DNA of 64,000 bases from assembly GCA_963815115.1 (NCBI GenBank), contig CAWFFN010000009.1, forward strand, positions 576,001 through 640,000, given 5' to 3'. Source of the DNA: an uncultured delta proteobacterium (GTDB lineage Bacteria; Desulfobacterota; Binatia; DP-6). The translations under genes and the position numbers were made by a program. This document shows, piece by piece, positions 31,092 through 41,464 of the stretch (within the stretch, counting starts at the first letter, position 1; every line of letters begins with the position of its first letter). The notes below the pieces were generated by a model that saw only the letters and a program-made list of their open reading frames with translations, was not told the origin of the DNA and ran no database searches.

Positions 31092-31812
31092 GTGGACCTG
31101 CGCGCTCTCCTGCGCGACGCTCCGCCCTTCCACCTGGACGAGGGGCTGCGCCCCCGTTCGCTGCAGGCATCCGACGAGGTGCTGGAGACCATTGCCGCGG
31201 CGGTGCAGCCGGGCTGGCGGACGCTGGAGACCGGCGCAGGGTTGAGCACGGTCGTCTTCGCGCTGCGCGAGGCCCAGCACGTCTGCATCACGCCGGCAGC
31301 GTCCGAGGTCGAGAAGATCCGCGACTACTGCGGATCGCGGGGCATCGCTCTGGACCGGGTGACGTTTCACGTCGAGCGCTCCGAGCTGGTGCTGCCCCGC
31401 CTGGCGCTTCCCGAGCTCGACCTGATGCTCATCGACGGTGGCCACGGCTTCCCGACGCCGTTCCTCGACTGGTTTCACGGCGCCGGGCGGCTGCGCGTCG
31501 GGGGCCTGCTCGCTCGTCGACGACATCCAGCTGTGGACGGGGCGCGTGCTGCGCGACTTCCTCGTCGAGGAGCCAGGCTGGATGTTGCGCGACGAGTTCG
31601 CGATGCGGGCGGCGGTGTTCGAGAAGACGGCGCGCTCCCCCGCCCTGCCGGAGTGGTTCGCTCAGCCGTTCGTGCGACGCCGGAGCCATCCCGCCGGTAC
31701 GCTGAGGCACGCGATGCTGAAGGCCTGGCGGACCGTCCGGCGCGGCAAGCGTGGAGGACGGACGGCGGCTGCTCTCACGAATCGCGGCGGTCGCGCCGAC
31801 CGACACGATTGA
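31092..31812 (+). CDS. Class I SAM methyltransferase (Methyltransf_24-like), frameshifted near 31513
   Basis: TLETGAGLST, LIDGGH and LRVGGLL, then VDDIQLWTG in another frame. Confidence 0.65.
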
Positions 31813-31973
31813 CGGGTGTCCACGCCGGGGGGTCGCTCGCGGGGAACGACTCCTCCGATGCTTCCTCGACCTCGTCCCCGGCGGGTGGGTCCGGAGGACG
31901 TGCGGGCGGCTCGCGCTCCATGCCCCGAGCATCCGCTCGGAGCGAGCGGCGTCAATCCCGTGCTGCGGGCGTC

Positions 31974-32294
31974 TCAGGCGGCGAGCCGGCGCCGCTCTCG
32001 CTGGCGCCGCAGCGCGGCTCGTACCGCGGTGCGGTCGAGCCCGAGGGCATCACACAGATTGACGAAGGAGTACGGCCAGCTGCGGTCGTCCTCCTGGATC
32101 CAGGCCTCGGCCTCGGGAACGAGCTGCGGGACGCGGACGTAGAGCCCGACCGCGTCCTCGAGCACGGCGAGCATGAGCCGTTTCTCGGGTTGCAACGATC
32201 CCCGTGTCTGCACGCTGAAGAACTGGGACGGGAGGACGGTCTCGAACTCGTACCAGCTCCGTTCTTCGGTCTTTCGTGTTCGCCTGCGCGGCAT
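31974..32294 (-). CDS. Conserved small hypothetical protein (PEKRLMLAVLEDA / WPYSFVNLCDALG type)
   Basis: Recognised sequence pattern; function unknown. Confidence 0.75.
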   Translation of the reverse strand: MPRRRTRKTEERSWYEFETVLPSQFFSVQTRGSLQPEKRLMLAVLEDAVGLYVRVPQLVPEAEAWIQEDDRSWPYSFVNLCDALGLDRTAVRAALRRQRERRRLAA

Positions 32295-32436
32295 GCTGCA
32301 CCGCGGTGCAAGAGGCCTGCCAGGTGAGCACGGCGCTGGAAATGTGGCCGGTCGGCTGCGCTCGATGCCCGCGGTCGCCTGTCGCGCGTGCAGGGCTGCC
32401 TCTCGATCGGGCAGTCGCGCTCGGAGAAGGCCGTCG

Positions 32437-35016
32437 TCACCGGTCGTCGAGCTGCTGAGGGGCGGAGGTCGCCCCGCGCGAACGCCGTCTTGGCTTCACT
32501 CCGGGTATCGGGCTGTCCTCCGCGCGCAGCCTGGGGCGGGAGGTGCGGGTGGAGGTGCGGGAGGAAGTGCGGGCGGAAGTGCGGGCGACGTCCCGCCGGC
32601 CACCAGAGGGCACTGCCGACCCGGGCTTCACCGTGACGTAGGGATCGGAAAGCGAGCCGCTCACCTCGAAGTCGACGGCCCGGACACCGCTGCTCTTGAC
32701 GTCCGTGACCGTGGGGCTGCCGAGCGCCGGCACGTTCTTGGTCAGGCGGTCCAGCGCCTGGTAGCTCGGGACGAGCGTGCCGTTGAGCGAGAGATCGTCC
32801 TTCATCCGATCGACCGTCCCGCGCACCGCCATCGCCACGGCGGGACCGGTCAGCGTGCCGTCGCTGATGACGATGACACCGGCACGGTGCGTGAGGGTGG
32901 CGGTGAGCTGGGAGAACGGAATCCCGTCGCCCCGGAGCGCGTCCACGACTCCGGAGATCGATCCCAGCGCCGCGATCTTGGCGACCATCGGCGAGCGCGT
33001 GAGGGTGAAGCGGTCCACGCGCACGGTGCCTGCCAGCGGAAGGCCGGGAACGCCCAGGCGGCCCTCGCCGGTGAAACGCAACCGCCCTCCGCTGGCGTCC
33101 GCGTACGCGTCGATGGCGCGCAGCAGATCTCCCGCGTCGTCGGAGGTCACCGTCACCTGGCTTTGCGTTCCAGCGGGGCGGGCGGCGAAGGTGACATGGC
33201 CCGGGTGACCGCCCTCGGCGCGCGGAGCGATCTCGGCATGGGCCTCGACGGTGCGCCAGCTCTCGTCCGGGCCGAAGGTCGCCTGCCCGGCGAGCAGGGA
33301 GCCGCTGGCCTGCAGGCGGAAGTCGTCGACGCTGCGCACCTGGCCGTCGGCGAGAGCGAGCCGTGCCTGCGACGACGCGGCGACGCCGGCCTCCTTCACC
33401 ATGTTGAGGAGCGGAAGATCGAGGGAGGCAGGAGCGAGATCGAGGCGAAGGTCGAAATCGGACGTGGCCTGCCCCTGGGGAGCCAGACGTGCCTGGAAGC
33501 CGACGGGTCCGTCGAGCCACGGAGCAAGATCGAAGCCCAGCGCGTGCCGCGCCTCGACGTCGAGCCGGCCTTTCAGATCGATCGCGCGCCGTCCGCGCGC
33601 CGCGCCGGCCACCGTCTGTCGCCAGCGCAGCTCGGCCGCCGCGCGGCCGACGTGAACCGGGCCACGCAACACGAGCTGCCCGCCATCGAGATCGAAGCGC
33701 ATGCGCGGTGCCGTGACGGTACGCCCGCGGAAGGCGCGGCGCATGGCGACGCTGCGCAGGTCGCCGTTCGCGCGCACGACGAGCCCGGCCCGGTCCGGAG
33801 CCGCATCGAGAGGAACGTCGGTCTGCACTCGTGCCGTCAGCCCGCCCGAGATCTCACCGGCATGGAAGGGAATCGCCGCTCCCGCGTGCGCCGGCAAGCG
33901 CGCGAGCAGCGCGATGCCACGTGACAGGGGACCGTGCACGACCGCGTCGACGCGGAGCCCGGAGCCGGCGTCGCCGAGTCTCTCGGGCGTGATTGCCGTC
34001 CGCACGATGTCGACGCCCTCGACCTCGCCGCGTGCCACCCGCACCTGCCAGCGACGATCCCGGGAGAGGATCGCGGTGCCGCCGACTCCGGTCACCGGCG
34101 GCATCCCCTCGAGCCAGCGTACGGTCTGGCCGTCGAACTGCATCTTGCCCTCGACCGGTCCGAGGGTGAAGCCGGGCGAGGTCGTGCCGGTCAGTGTGCC
34201 CGCGAGCGTCATCTGGAGCGTGCGGATGCTGCCGCCGGTGACGCTGGCCAGCGTCCAGCGGCGGAAAGCAGGCGCCATGGTCGCGGGCCAGTAGCTCGCC
34301 AGCGATGCGGTGGGAAGGCCGCGCACGGTGGCGCGCAGGTCGACCTGGCCGCGCTCCGCGAGCCGGCCGCTGGCGACGACCCGCAACGGCGCGAGATCGA
34401 AGGACAGGTCGTCGACGGCGACCGCGCCCGGCTCGCGCCGCAGCGAGAGGGAGACGGCCGTCGCATGCCAGGTCGCGCCGGTCGCGCGATCTTCCAGGGA
34501 GACGTCGGCTTCCCGCACGCGGATCCGCTTCGGACCGGCGCCGGAGCGCGCCGCGCCGAACAGTCCGCCGGCAAGGAGATCCGTCGTGGCCGGGCCGGGC
34601 GCGGCGCCGATTCCGACGTCGATGCGCCCGTCGCGTTCACGCACCAGCTCGATGCGCGGCGCGATCGCCCGCACCGACCGCGGCATGACCGCGCCGCGCA
34701 GCAGCGCTCCGGGCGCGACGCCGACCGCCAGCACCGGCAGCCTGGCGAGCACGTCGCCTCCGGCGCCGCGCATCTCGACGTCGCGCGCGCGGACGTCGAG
34801 GTCGCGATGGGAGGGGTCCCACTCGAGCGCGGTCGAGGCGATCTGGACGGTGCTCGAGCCGTCCGGAGCGGCGAGCGCCGCCTGGAGACGCGGCGTCAGG
34901 AAGTCGAGCTCGATCGGTCCCCTGGACAGCCGCCAGGCGAGGCCGCCGGCGAGCAGCACCGCGCCCGCCACCAGCAGAGACACCGCGGTCACGACCGTCC
35001 CTGCCACCCTCCTCAT
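32437..35016 (-). CDS. AsmA-like/YhdP (DUF3971-like) envelope protein
   Basis: N-terminal TM then LSRGPIELDFLTP; C-terminal GIPFSQL...GTLVP...V.GSLSDP.VTV. Confidence 0.8.
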   Translation of the reverse strand: MRRVAGTVVTAVSLLVAGAVLLAGGLAWRLSRGPIELDFLTPRLQAALAAPDGSSTVQIASTALEWDPSHRDLDVRARDVEMRGAGGDVLARLPVLAVGVAPGALLRGAVMPRSVRAIAPRIELVRERDGRIDVGIGAAPGPATTDLLAGGLFGAARSGAGPKRIRVREADVSLEDRATGATWHATAVSLSLRREPGAVAVDDLSFDLAPLRVVASGRLAERGQVDLRATVRGLPTASLASYWPATMAPAFRRWTLASVTGGSIRTLQMTLAGTLTGTTSPGFTLGPVEGKMQFDGQTVRWLEGMPPVTGVGGTAILSRDRRWQVRVARGEVEGVDIVRTAITPERLGDAGSGLRVDAVVHGPLSRGIALLARLPAHAGAAIPFHAGEISGGLTARVQTDVPLDAAPDRAGLVVRANGDLRSVAMRRAFRGRTVTAPRMRFDLDGGQLVLRGPVHVGRAAAELRWRQTVAGAARGRRAIDLKGRLDVEARHALGFDLAPWLDGPVGFQARLAPQGQATSDFDLRLDLAPASLDLPLLNMVKEAGVAASSQARLALADGQVRSVDDFRLQASGSLLAGQATFGPDESWRTVEAHAEIAPRAEGGHPGHVTFAARPAGTQSQVTVTSDDAGDLLRAIDAYADASGGRLRFTGEGRLGVPGLPLAGTVRVDRFTLTRSPMVAKIAALGSISGVVDALRGDGIPFSQLTATLTHRAGVIVISDGTLTGPAVAMAVRGTVDRMKDDLSLNGTLVPSYQALDRLTKNVPALGSPTVTDVKSSGVRAVDFEVSGSLSDPYVTVKPGSAVPSGGRRDVARTSARTSSRTSTRTSRPRLRAEDSPIPGVKPRRRSRGATSAPQQLDDR

Positions 35017-35136
35017 ATCCTCGACTCCTCGACGGATTCTGCTCCTCCGCGCCCGACGTGTCAGCCGGGGCGGCGCAGCAATTCACAACTCGCCCGAGGA
35101 TGGAGGCGCGCGAGAGCCGCCGCGCGGTCGCTCGCG

Positions 35137-36273
35137 TCAGAAACCGTCGAGCTGCGCAACCCGCTCGCGGTGGAACGCCGGATCGCCGAAGGCGACCTCG
35201 TTGGCGTGTGCCCGCTTGAACCAGAGCTGCAGGTCGAACTCCCAGGTGAAGCCGATGCCGCCGTGCATCTCCACGGACCGCCGCGCCGTGCGGCTGTAGA
35301 CGTCGCCGAGGCTCGCCTTCGCCATGGCGGCGGCGCGTGCCGCCTCGCGCGGACGATGGTCGAAGGCGTGGGCGGCGTACCACACCAGCGAGCGTGTCGG
35401 CTCGACGTCGGCGACCATCTCGGCCGCGATGTGCTTGAGGGCCTGGAACGAGCCGATCGTACGGCCGAACTGCTGGCGCACCTTCGAGTACTCCACTGCC
35501 ATCTCGAGGGTGCGCTGAGCGCCGCCGAGGCTGTCCGCGGCGATGCCGATGGCGCCGAGATCGAGCATTCGCGCCAGAACCGGCCAGCCCTGGCCCTCGA
35601 CGCCCACCAGCGCCGTCTTCGCCACCGCGACCTCCTTCAGCACGAGCTCGCCGAAGCGCCGGGTGAGGTCGATGTGCCGCTGGGGCTTCGAGCGGACACC
35701 CTTCGCGCCGCGCTCCACCAGGAAGAGCGAGACGCCGGCGGCACCGCGTCCCGCCTTCGTGCGCGCGGCGACGAGGAACACGTCGGCGGCCGCCGCCTCG
35801 GGCACGAAGAGCTTCGTTCCCGACAGCACGAACCCGTCGCGCGTCCTGCGCGCGCGCGTCTGGATGCCCTCCGGATCGTGCCGGTCGCTCTCCTCGAGAT
35901 GAGCCAGGGTGGCGAAGGCCGCGCCGTCGAGCAGACGGGGCAGCCAGGCCGCGCGCTGCGCCGCGGTGCCGGCGCGCAGCAACCCCGCGATCACGAGCTG
36001 GGTGGCGAGGAACGGGCCCGGCGCGGCGACGCGTCCCAGCTCCTCGATCACCAGCGCGAGATCGAGCGCGCCCAGCCCGAGGCCGCCGTCCTTCTCGGGC
36101 ACGATGAGCCCCATCCAGCCGAGGTCGGCCATCTTCCGGTAGAGATCGCGGGGCACGCCGTCGTCGGTCTTGGCGGTCTCGCGCACCAGCACGGGCGGAC
36201 ATTCCCGGGCCAGAAATTCACGCGCCGAGCGCTGCAGCGCCTCCTGCTCCTCGGAGAGGCCGAAATCGATCAT
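35137..36273 (-). CDS. Acyl-CoA dehydrogenase family protein
   Basis: MIDFGLSEEQ, RQQFGRTIGSFQALKH and MHGGIGFTWE. Confidence 0.92.
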   Translation of the reverse strand: MIDFGLSEEQEALQRSAREFLARECPPVLVRETAKTDDGVPRDLYRKMADLGWMGLIVPEKDGGLGLGALDLALVIEELGRVAAPGPFLATQLVIAGLLRAGTAAQRAAWLPRLLDGAAFATLAHLEESDRHDPEGIQTRARRTRDGFVLSGTKLFVPEAAAADVFLVAARTKAGRGAAGVSLFLVERGAKGVRSKPQRHIDLTRRFGELVLKEVAVAKTALVGVEGQGWPVLARMLDLGAIGIAADSLGGAQRTLEMAVEYSKVRQQFGRTIGSFQALKHIAAEMVADVEPTRSLVWYAAHAFDHRPREAARAAAMAKASLGDVYSRTARRSVEMHGGIGFTWEFDLQLWFKRAHANEVAFGDPAFHRERVAQLDGF

Positions 36274-36355
36274 GGGTCGCGGACGTAGCACGCGCCGACC
36301 CCGCTCGTCACGCACTTGCTTGACGCCGGACGAACCCCGGGAGTATCGCCCTGGC

Positions 36356-37993
36356 ATGTCATCGCGTGCGTTGCGCGCGTCGTCCGCGGTGCTCCTCGTC
36401 GCCCTCGCCTCTCGCGCCCGGCCGGCGACCTACTGCGTCGACCTGAGCGACAGCAGCTGTGACGTGAACTACACCGGATCGGCCGGCCTCACGTCGGCAC
36501 TGGACGCAGCGGCGCTCACGGCGGACGACGACACCGTCAAGATCGCGGCGGGCACCTATCTCGGACCGTTCACCTACGCACCGTCGGCCGATGCCGGCAC
36601 GCTGGCGATCATCGGCTCGGGGAGCGATCAGACGACGCTCAGCGTCCAGGTGCCCGGTTCATTCGGATCCGTTCTCGCGCTGGCCCGCGACACCGTCGGA
36701 CATCCGGCCAACGTGTCGCAGCTCGCGATCGTCATTCCGCCAAGCGCGGTAAGCGGCATCGCAACGGACGGGCTGGTCGAGGACGCGCGCATCACGTCGA
36801 CGCCCGCGACCGGGGGCGGGTTCGGTGTGTTTCTTCGCGGCACCGGCTCGGGGATCCGTCGCTGCCAGATCGAGATGAACAACGTGCCCAACGCCATCGG
36901 CGTGGAGACGGACCCCGGTACGACCTTCAGCCCCGACCCGTCGCCCGCCTTCATCGAGGACTCCAGCGTGCTCGACGGCCTGGTGACCATCGAGGCATTC
37001 GCACCGCTGCGGATCACGCGCTGTCGCGTGTCGGCCAAGGGAAATTCCGCGATCAACGCGCGGGGCACGGCCGTCACCGTCGAGGACTCCCTCGTCCTCG
37101 CGGAGACCGCGAGCGCCCTCGAGGCAAGTGGGGAAGCGGGACCCAGGTCTGGCAGCCTCCTCGTCCGCCAGGTGACCGCCGTGTCGGTCGGCGCGACGCC
37201 CGCCTTCGCCGGCATCGACGTCGACGCATCCGGTGCGGACGTGTCGGCCGACGTGCGCCACTCCGTCATCCGCGGCTTCCAGAACTCGACGTTCCGGCGG
37301 GCGGCGATGAACCTCGCGGCGACGGTGTCGATCAGCGCGTCCGACTATCCGTTCGGCGCGCATCTGGTGGAGGGCGCCGGGACGACGACCCTCACCGAGC
37401 CGGAGCCGAACATCGACGCCGATCCATTGTTCGTCGACGCGCTCGCCGGGAACTACGCGCTCCGCGACGGCTCGCCCGCGATCGACGCGGCGTACTCCCC
37501 GCCGCTCGCGCCGGGCGAGTCGCCGACCGATCTCCAGGGCGCACCGCGCATCCAGGACGGCAACGGCGACGGGATCGCGGCGCGCGACATGGGCGCGTTC
37601 GAGCACGCCGCGGTGGCGAAGCCGACGACGACCACGACCACCCTGCTCGCGACGACCACGACGACACCGCCCCCGACGACCACCACGACGCTGCCCTGCA
37701 CCACGCCGCGCTGCGTGTTCGACGCCGCGCTCCACGGGCCCGCGTGCGCGGGCGCGAACGTGCCGAGGGGGATCGTCGCGAAGATCGACGGGGCCGTGGC
37801 GCTCTCCGAGCGCGCCGGCACGAGCACGGGCAAGAAGCAGCGACGCCTGCTCGTCCGGACGCGGCAGACTCTGGGTGCGATCGGACGGGCGGCGGCCCAT
37901 GCGGCCAAGGGGAAGAAGCCCCGCCTCTCGGCGGAATGCGCGACCGCCATCGGCGGCGCCGCGAGCGCCGTTCGCGGCGAGCTCGGCCCGTAG
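36356..37993 (+). CDS. Secreted beta-helix / choice-of-anchor-Q-like protein with Thr linker
   Basis: Signal peptide; DPLFVD..GNYALRDGSPAIDA..DLQGAPR..DMGAFE. Confidence 0.8.
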   Translation: MSSRALRASSAVLLVALASRARPATYCVDLSDSSCDVNYTGSAGLTSALDAAALTADDDTVKIAAGTYLGPFTYAPSADAGTLAIIGSGSDQTTLSVQVPGSFGSVLALARDTVGHPANVSQLAIVIPPSAVSGIATDGLVEDARITSTPATGGGFGVFLRGTGSGIRRCQIEMNNVPNAIGVETDPGTTFSPDPSPAFIEDSSVLDGLVTIEAFAPLRITRCRVSAKGNSAINARGTAVTVEDSLVLAETASALEASGEAGPRSGSLLVRQVTAVSVGATPAFAGIDVDASGADVSADVRHSVIRGFQNSTFRRAAMNLAATVSISASDYPFGAHLVEGAGTTTLTEPEPNIDADPLFVDALAGNYALRDGSPAIDAAYSPPLAPGESPTDLQGAPRIQDGNGDGIAARDMGAFEHAAVAKPTTTTTTLLATTTTTPPPTTTTTLPCTTPRCVFDAALHGPACAGANVPRGIVAKIDGAVALSERAGTSTGKKQRRLLVRTRQTLGAIGRAAAHAAKGKKPRLSAECATAIGGAASAVRGELGP

Positions 37994-38037
37994 CGCGTTC
38001 AGGTCACACCCTCCGGCTCGTCACGTTCGGGCGGCCG

Positions 38038-38742
38038 TCAGAGCACGAGGTCCGTCCCCGAGGATCCGTGCTCCAGGATGCGCCGGCAGAGGCCCGCGAT
38101 GGTCGCGCCGGCTTCCGCGGGATCGAGCCCGGCCGGCCGGATGTTCGAGATGCACTTGCGATCGGCGTCGGTGCTCTGCGGGCCGGCGTGGAGCGTGACG
38201 TAGCAGCCCAGGCTGTCCGGTGACGCGAGTCCCGGTCGCTCGCCGATCAGGTGTACCACGAGACGCGCGCCCACGGCGGCCGCGATGGCGTCGGCCACGG
38301 CGACGCGCCCGTTGCGGACGGCGACCGGCGTGCCGAGCGCTCCGAGCGGTGCCAGCCGGTCGCACAGCGCGGGCCAGAGCCGCTCGAGGTGCGTTTGGGC
38401 CGCTCGCGCCGAGAGCCCGTCGGAGACCACGAGCTGGATGGCGGGGTCGCGCGGACTCGCGGCGCGGATGCGGTCGAGGTCGTCCGCGGCGAGACGTCGT
38501 CCGAGCGGCGGCTCGCGGATGTAGGCCAGCCGGTCGGGCGCTGCCGAGGCGGCCAGCAGGAAGCCGCGCGCGCGCAGGCGATCGAGGAAGGCGGGACTCC
38601 ACTCGCTCCACACCGCGTCGCGCGCGGCGGCGTGATCGGCCTGGAACGCGAGCCACGCGGCCGTCGGCGGCCGTGCGCCCACGCGGCCGACGCCGAGCCG
38701 CGCCGGCGTGGTGCGGCGGGCGCGCTCGAGGTCGAAGGTCAT
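38038..38742 (-). CDS. eutC: Ethanolamine ammonia-lyase small subunit
   Basis: TPARLGVGRVG, DHAAARDAV, VVSDGLSA, LIGERPGL and DADRKCISNI; in frame with eutB as assembled. Confidence 0.9.
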   Translation of the reverse strand: MTFDLERARRTTPARLGVGRVGARPPTAAWLAFQADHAAARDAVWSEWSPAFLDRLRARGFLLAASAAPDRLAYIREPPLGRRLAADDLDRIRAASPRDPAIQLVVSDGLSARAAQTHLERLWPALCDRLAPLGALGTPVAVRNGRVAVADAIAAAVGARLVVHLIGERPGLASPDSLGCYVTLHAGPQSTDADRKCISNIRPAGLDPAEAGATIAGLCRRILEHGSSGTDLVL

Positions 38743-40083
38743 GCGAGCGCGCGCGGGGTCGCCGGCAAGCGGCGTCAGGCGTCCGTCCTCCATCAGCCCG
38801 CGGGCCTCGAGCCAGGCTTCGAACTCGGACGCCGGGCGCAGGTCGAGCAGCTCGCGCAGCGCGGGCGCGTCGTGGAAGGACGTCGTCTGATAGCCCAGCA
38901 TGCAGTCGTCACCCATGGGCACCGCCATGAAGTAGTTGCAGCCGGCGGCGGCGAGCAGCACGGCGAGGCTCTCGAGATCGTTCTGATCCGCCGCCATGTG
39001 GTTCGTGTAGCAGACGTCCACCCCCATCGGGACGCCGAGCAGCTTGCCCATCAGGTGATCCTCGAGGCCCGCGCGCAGGACCTGGCGGGCGTCGTAGAGG
39101 TACTCGGGACCGATGAAGCCGACGACCGTGTTCACCAGCAGCGGGCGGTACCGCCGCGCGACCCCGTAGCAGCGCGCCTCCAGCGTCACCTGGTCGAGTC
39201 CCGCATGCGTCCCGCTGGACAGCTCGGAGCCCTGGCCGGTCTCGAAGTACCAGCGATGCGGGCCGTCGAGACGGCCGCGCGCCCGGATGGCGGCGTCGGC
39301 CTCGTCGAGGAGCGCGAGATCGATGCCGAAGGCGCGATTCGCCGCGGCCGTCCCGCCGACCGACTGGAAGATCAGGTCGAGCGGCGCGCCGGCCTCGAGC
39401 GCGCGCACCTGCGTCGTCACGTGGGCGAGGACCGACACCTGGGTGGGCGTGCCCAGGCGCTCGCGCAGCGCCTGGAGCCCGCCGGCCAGCCGCTCGACGA
39501 CCTCGACCCGATCGTCGGCGGGATTCACGCCGAGGACCGCGTCGCCGCAGCCGTAGCTGAGGCCCTCGAGGGTGGACGCGAGCACGCCGTCCAGGCCGTC
39601 GCGCGGATGGTTCGGCTGGATGCGGGTGGCGAGGCGGCCGCGCTCGCCGAGCGTGGTGCGGCCGGCGACCACGACCGCGAGCTTGCGCGCGCCGAGCATG
39701 AGGTCGAGGTTCGACATCAGCTTCGCGGCGCCCGCCGCCATCTCGGGCAGCAGGCCGGGACGCAGGGCGGCCAGCGACGAAGGAGCGTCGGCGAGCAGGT
39801 GCTCGCGCAACTCTCCGACGGTCCAGCCGGCGATGCGGCCGTAGACCTCACCGTCGAGCGCGTCGAGAAACGCGCGCGTCAGCTCGTCGCGCTCCGGCGG
39901 CAGGAGCGGCTCCTCGACGAACGTGCGGAGCGGCAGGTCCGCGAGGACGGCTTTCGCCGCGACGCGCTCCCGCGCGTCGGCGGCCGCCACCCCCGCCAGC
40001 CGGTCGCCCGACTTCTCCTCGTTCGCCTTCGCCATGACCTCGGCGAGGGAACCGAAGACGTGGCCGTGCGCGGCGAGCCGCAT
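38739..40083 (-). CDS. eutB: Ethanolamine ammonia-lyase large subunit
   Basis: VMAKANEEKSGD, RIQPNHP, YFETGQGSELS, VNTVVGFIGPEY and DVCYTNH. Confidence 0.92.
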
Positions 40084-40264
40084 GTGCGAGCCGACGATAG
40101 GGAGCGACGCGCGGCGGGGTCAAACGGGCATCCGAGATCGGCGCGTCTTCTTGCCGCGGGGATGTCGTTCTCGGGACGTGCTGACCTCACAACCGTCAAC
40201 GAGGACGGGCGGCGCCGACGTCCGACGAGCCGCACGAGAGTGACCGCGAAGGCTTCTGCCTTTC

Positions 40265-41347
40265 TTGCCCCTGCGTATTGTCTTGCTCGAGCCAGCGGGC
40301 CTCCGCGTACGGCACTACAGCCGCCGGACCGAGCGGGCCTACGTCGGATGGATCCGCCGCTACGTCCTGTTTCACGGCAAGCGCCACCCGGCCGAGATGG
40401 GGGCCCAAGAGGTGTCGCGGTTCCTGTCGTGGCTAGCCGTCGAGGGAAGGGTTAGCGCGTCGACACAGAATCAGGCGCTGGCGGCGCTGCTGTTTCTCTA
40501 CGGGCCGGTGCTCGGCGTGGAGCTGCCGTGGCTGGACGAGCTGGCCCGGGCCGCGTGCTCGCCGCGGCTGCCGGTTGTCCTGTCGCGCGACGAGGTGCGC
40601 GCCGTCCTGCTCGCGATGCACGGGATCCCGCGCCTGATGGGCGTGCTGCTCTACGGCGCCGGACTTCGCCTGCTCGAGTGCGCGCGGCTCCGCATCAAGG
40701 ACGTGGACTTCTCGGCCAACCAGATCGTGGTCCGGAGCGGGAAGGGGGACCGCGATCGCGTCACGCTCCTTCCCGGCGTGGCCCGGTCCGCGCTGGAGCG
40801 CCACCTCGAGCAGGTGCGAGCGCAGCACGCCCGCGACCTGGCAGCAGGAGCCGGCTGGGTGGAGCTGCCGCACGCCCTGTCGCGGAAGTACCCCAACGCC
40901 GGCCGCGAGTGGCCATGGCAGTGGGTGTTCCCGGCGACGCGGACCTACGTCGAGCCTACGACCGGCCAACGCCGGCGCCATCACCGGCACGAGACCGTGG
41001 TGCAACGCGCAGCGCACCGGGCGGTGCGCGAGGCAGGGTTGACCAAGGCAGCCTCGTGCCACACGTTCCGGCACTCGTTCGCGACGCACCTGCTGGGGGA
41101 CGGCTACGACATCAGAACGGTCCAGGAGCTGCTGGGGCACCGGGACGTGCGGACGACCATGATCTACACGCACGTGCTCAACCGGGGGCCGGTGGCGGTG
41201 CGGCCGCCGGTCGAGGGTTTGGTGGAGGCGGGGGCGATGGCGCGCGTTCCCCGTCTGCCGGAGGAGGCCGCGCGTTACACCGCGGGGCCACGCAGTGTAA
41301 CGCGCGTGGGATGGGTCCCGTTCGGGGGGCGGAAGGAGCGGAAATGA
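40265..41347 (+). CDS. intI: Integron integrase (tyrosine recombinase)
   Basis: RHYSRRTE, STQNQALAALLFLY, GLRLLE, GKGDRDR, IntI-specific ALSRKYPNAGREWPWQWVFPA, HTFRHSFATHLL and LGH..V.TTMIYTH. N-terminus short, start uncertain. Confidence 0.95.
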   Translation: MPLRIVLLEPAGLRVRHYSRRTERAYVGWIRRYVLFHGKRHPAEMGAQEVSRFLSWLAVEGRVSASTQNQALAALLFLYGPVLGVELPWLDELARAACSPRLPVVLSRDEVRAVLLAMHGIPRLMGVLLYGAGLRLLECARLRIKDVDFSANQIVVRSGKGDRDRVTLLPGVARSALERHLEQVRAQHARDLAAGAGWVELPHALSRKYPNAGREWPWQWVFPATRTYVEPTTGQRRRHHRHETVVQRAAHRAVREAGLTKAASCHTFRHSFATHLLGDGYDIRTVQELLGHRDVRTTMIYTHVLNRGPVAVRPPVEGLVEAGAMARVPRLPEEAARYTAGPRSVTRVGWVPFGGRKERK

Positions 41348-41414
41348 CGGTGGAATGTCGAGCAGCGGAAGGCCCGTGGGTGAGTGATGGCCCGCAAGGC
41401 CGGCCAGCCTTTGG

Positions 41415-41447
41415 GCGTTACACGGAACCGTCCAAGTCTCGTTAGGC
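41415..41447 (+). other. Putative attI site
   Basis: GTTAGGC core at 41441-41447 preceding the first cassette; GCGTTACAC copy at 41415-41423; no attC hairpin upstream. Confidence 0.6.
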
Positions 41448-41464
41448 CGACAAGAGGTAACGGA

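Noticed and set aside
40254-40270. TTCTGCCTTTCTTGCCC upstream of intI as a copy of the candidate SOS box
   Set aside because: Half-sites and spacing do not match TTCG-N7-TTCG
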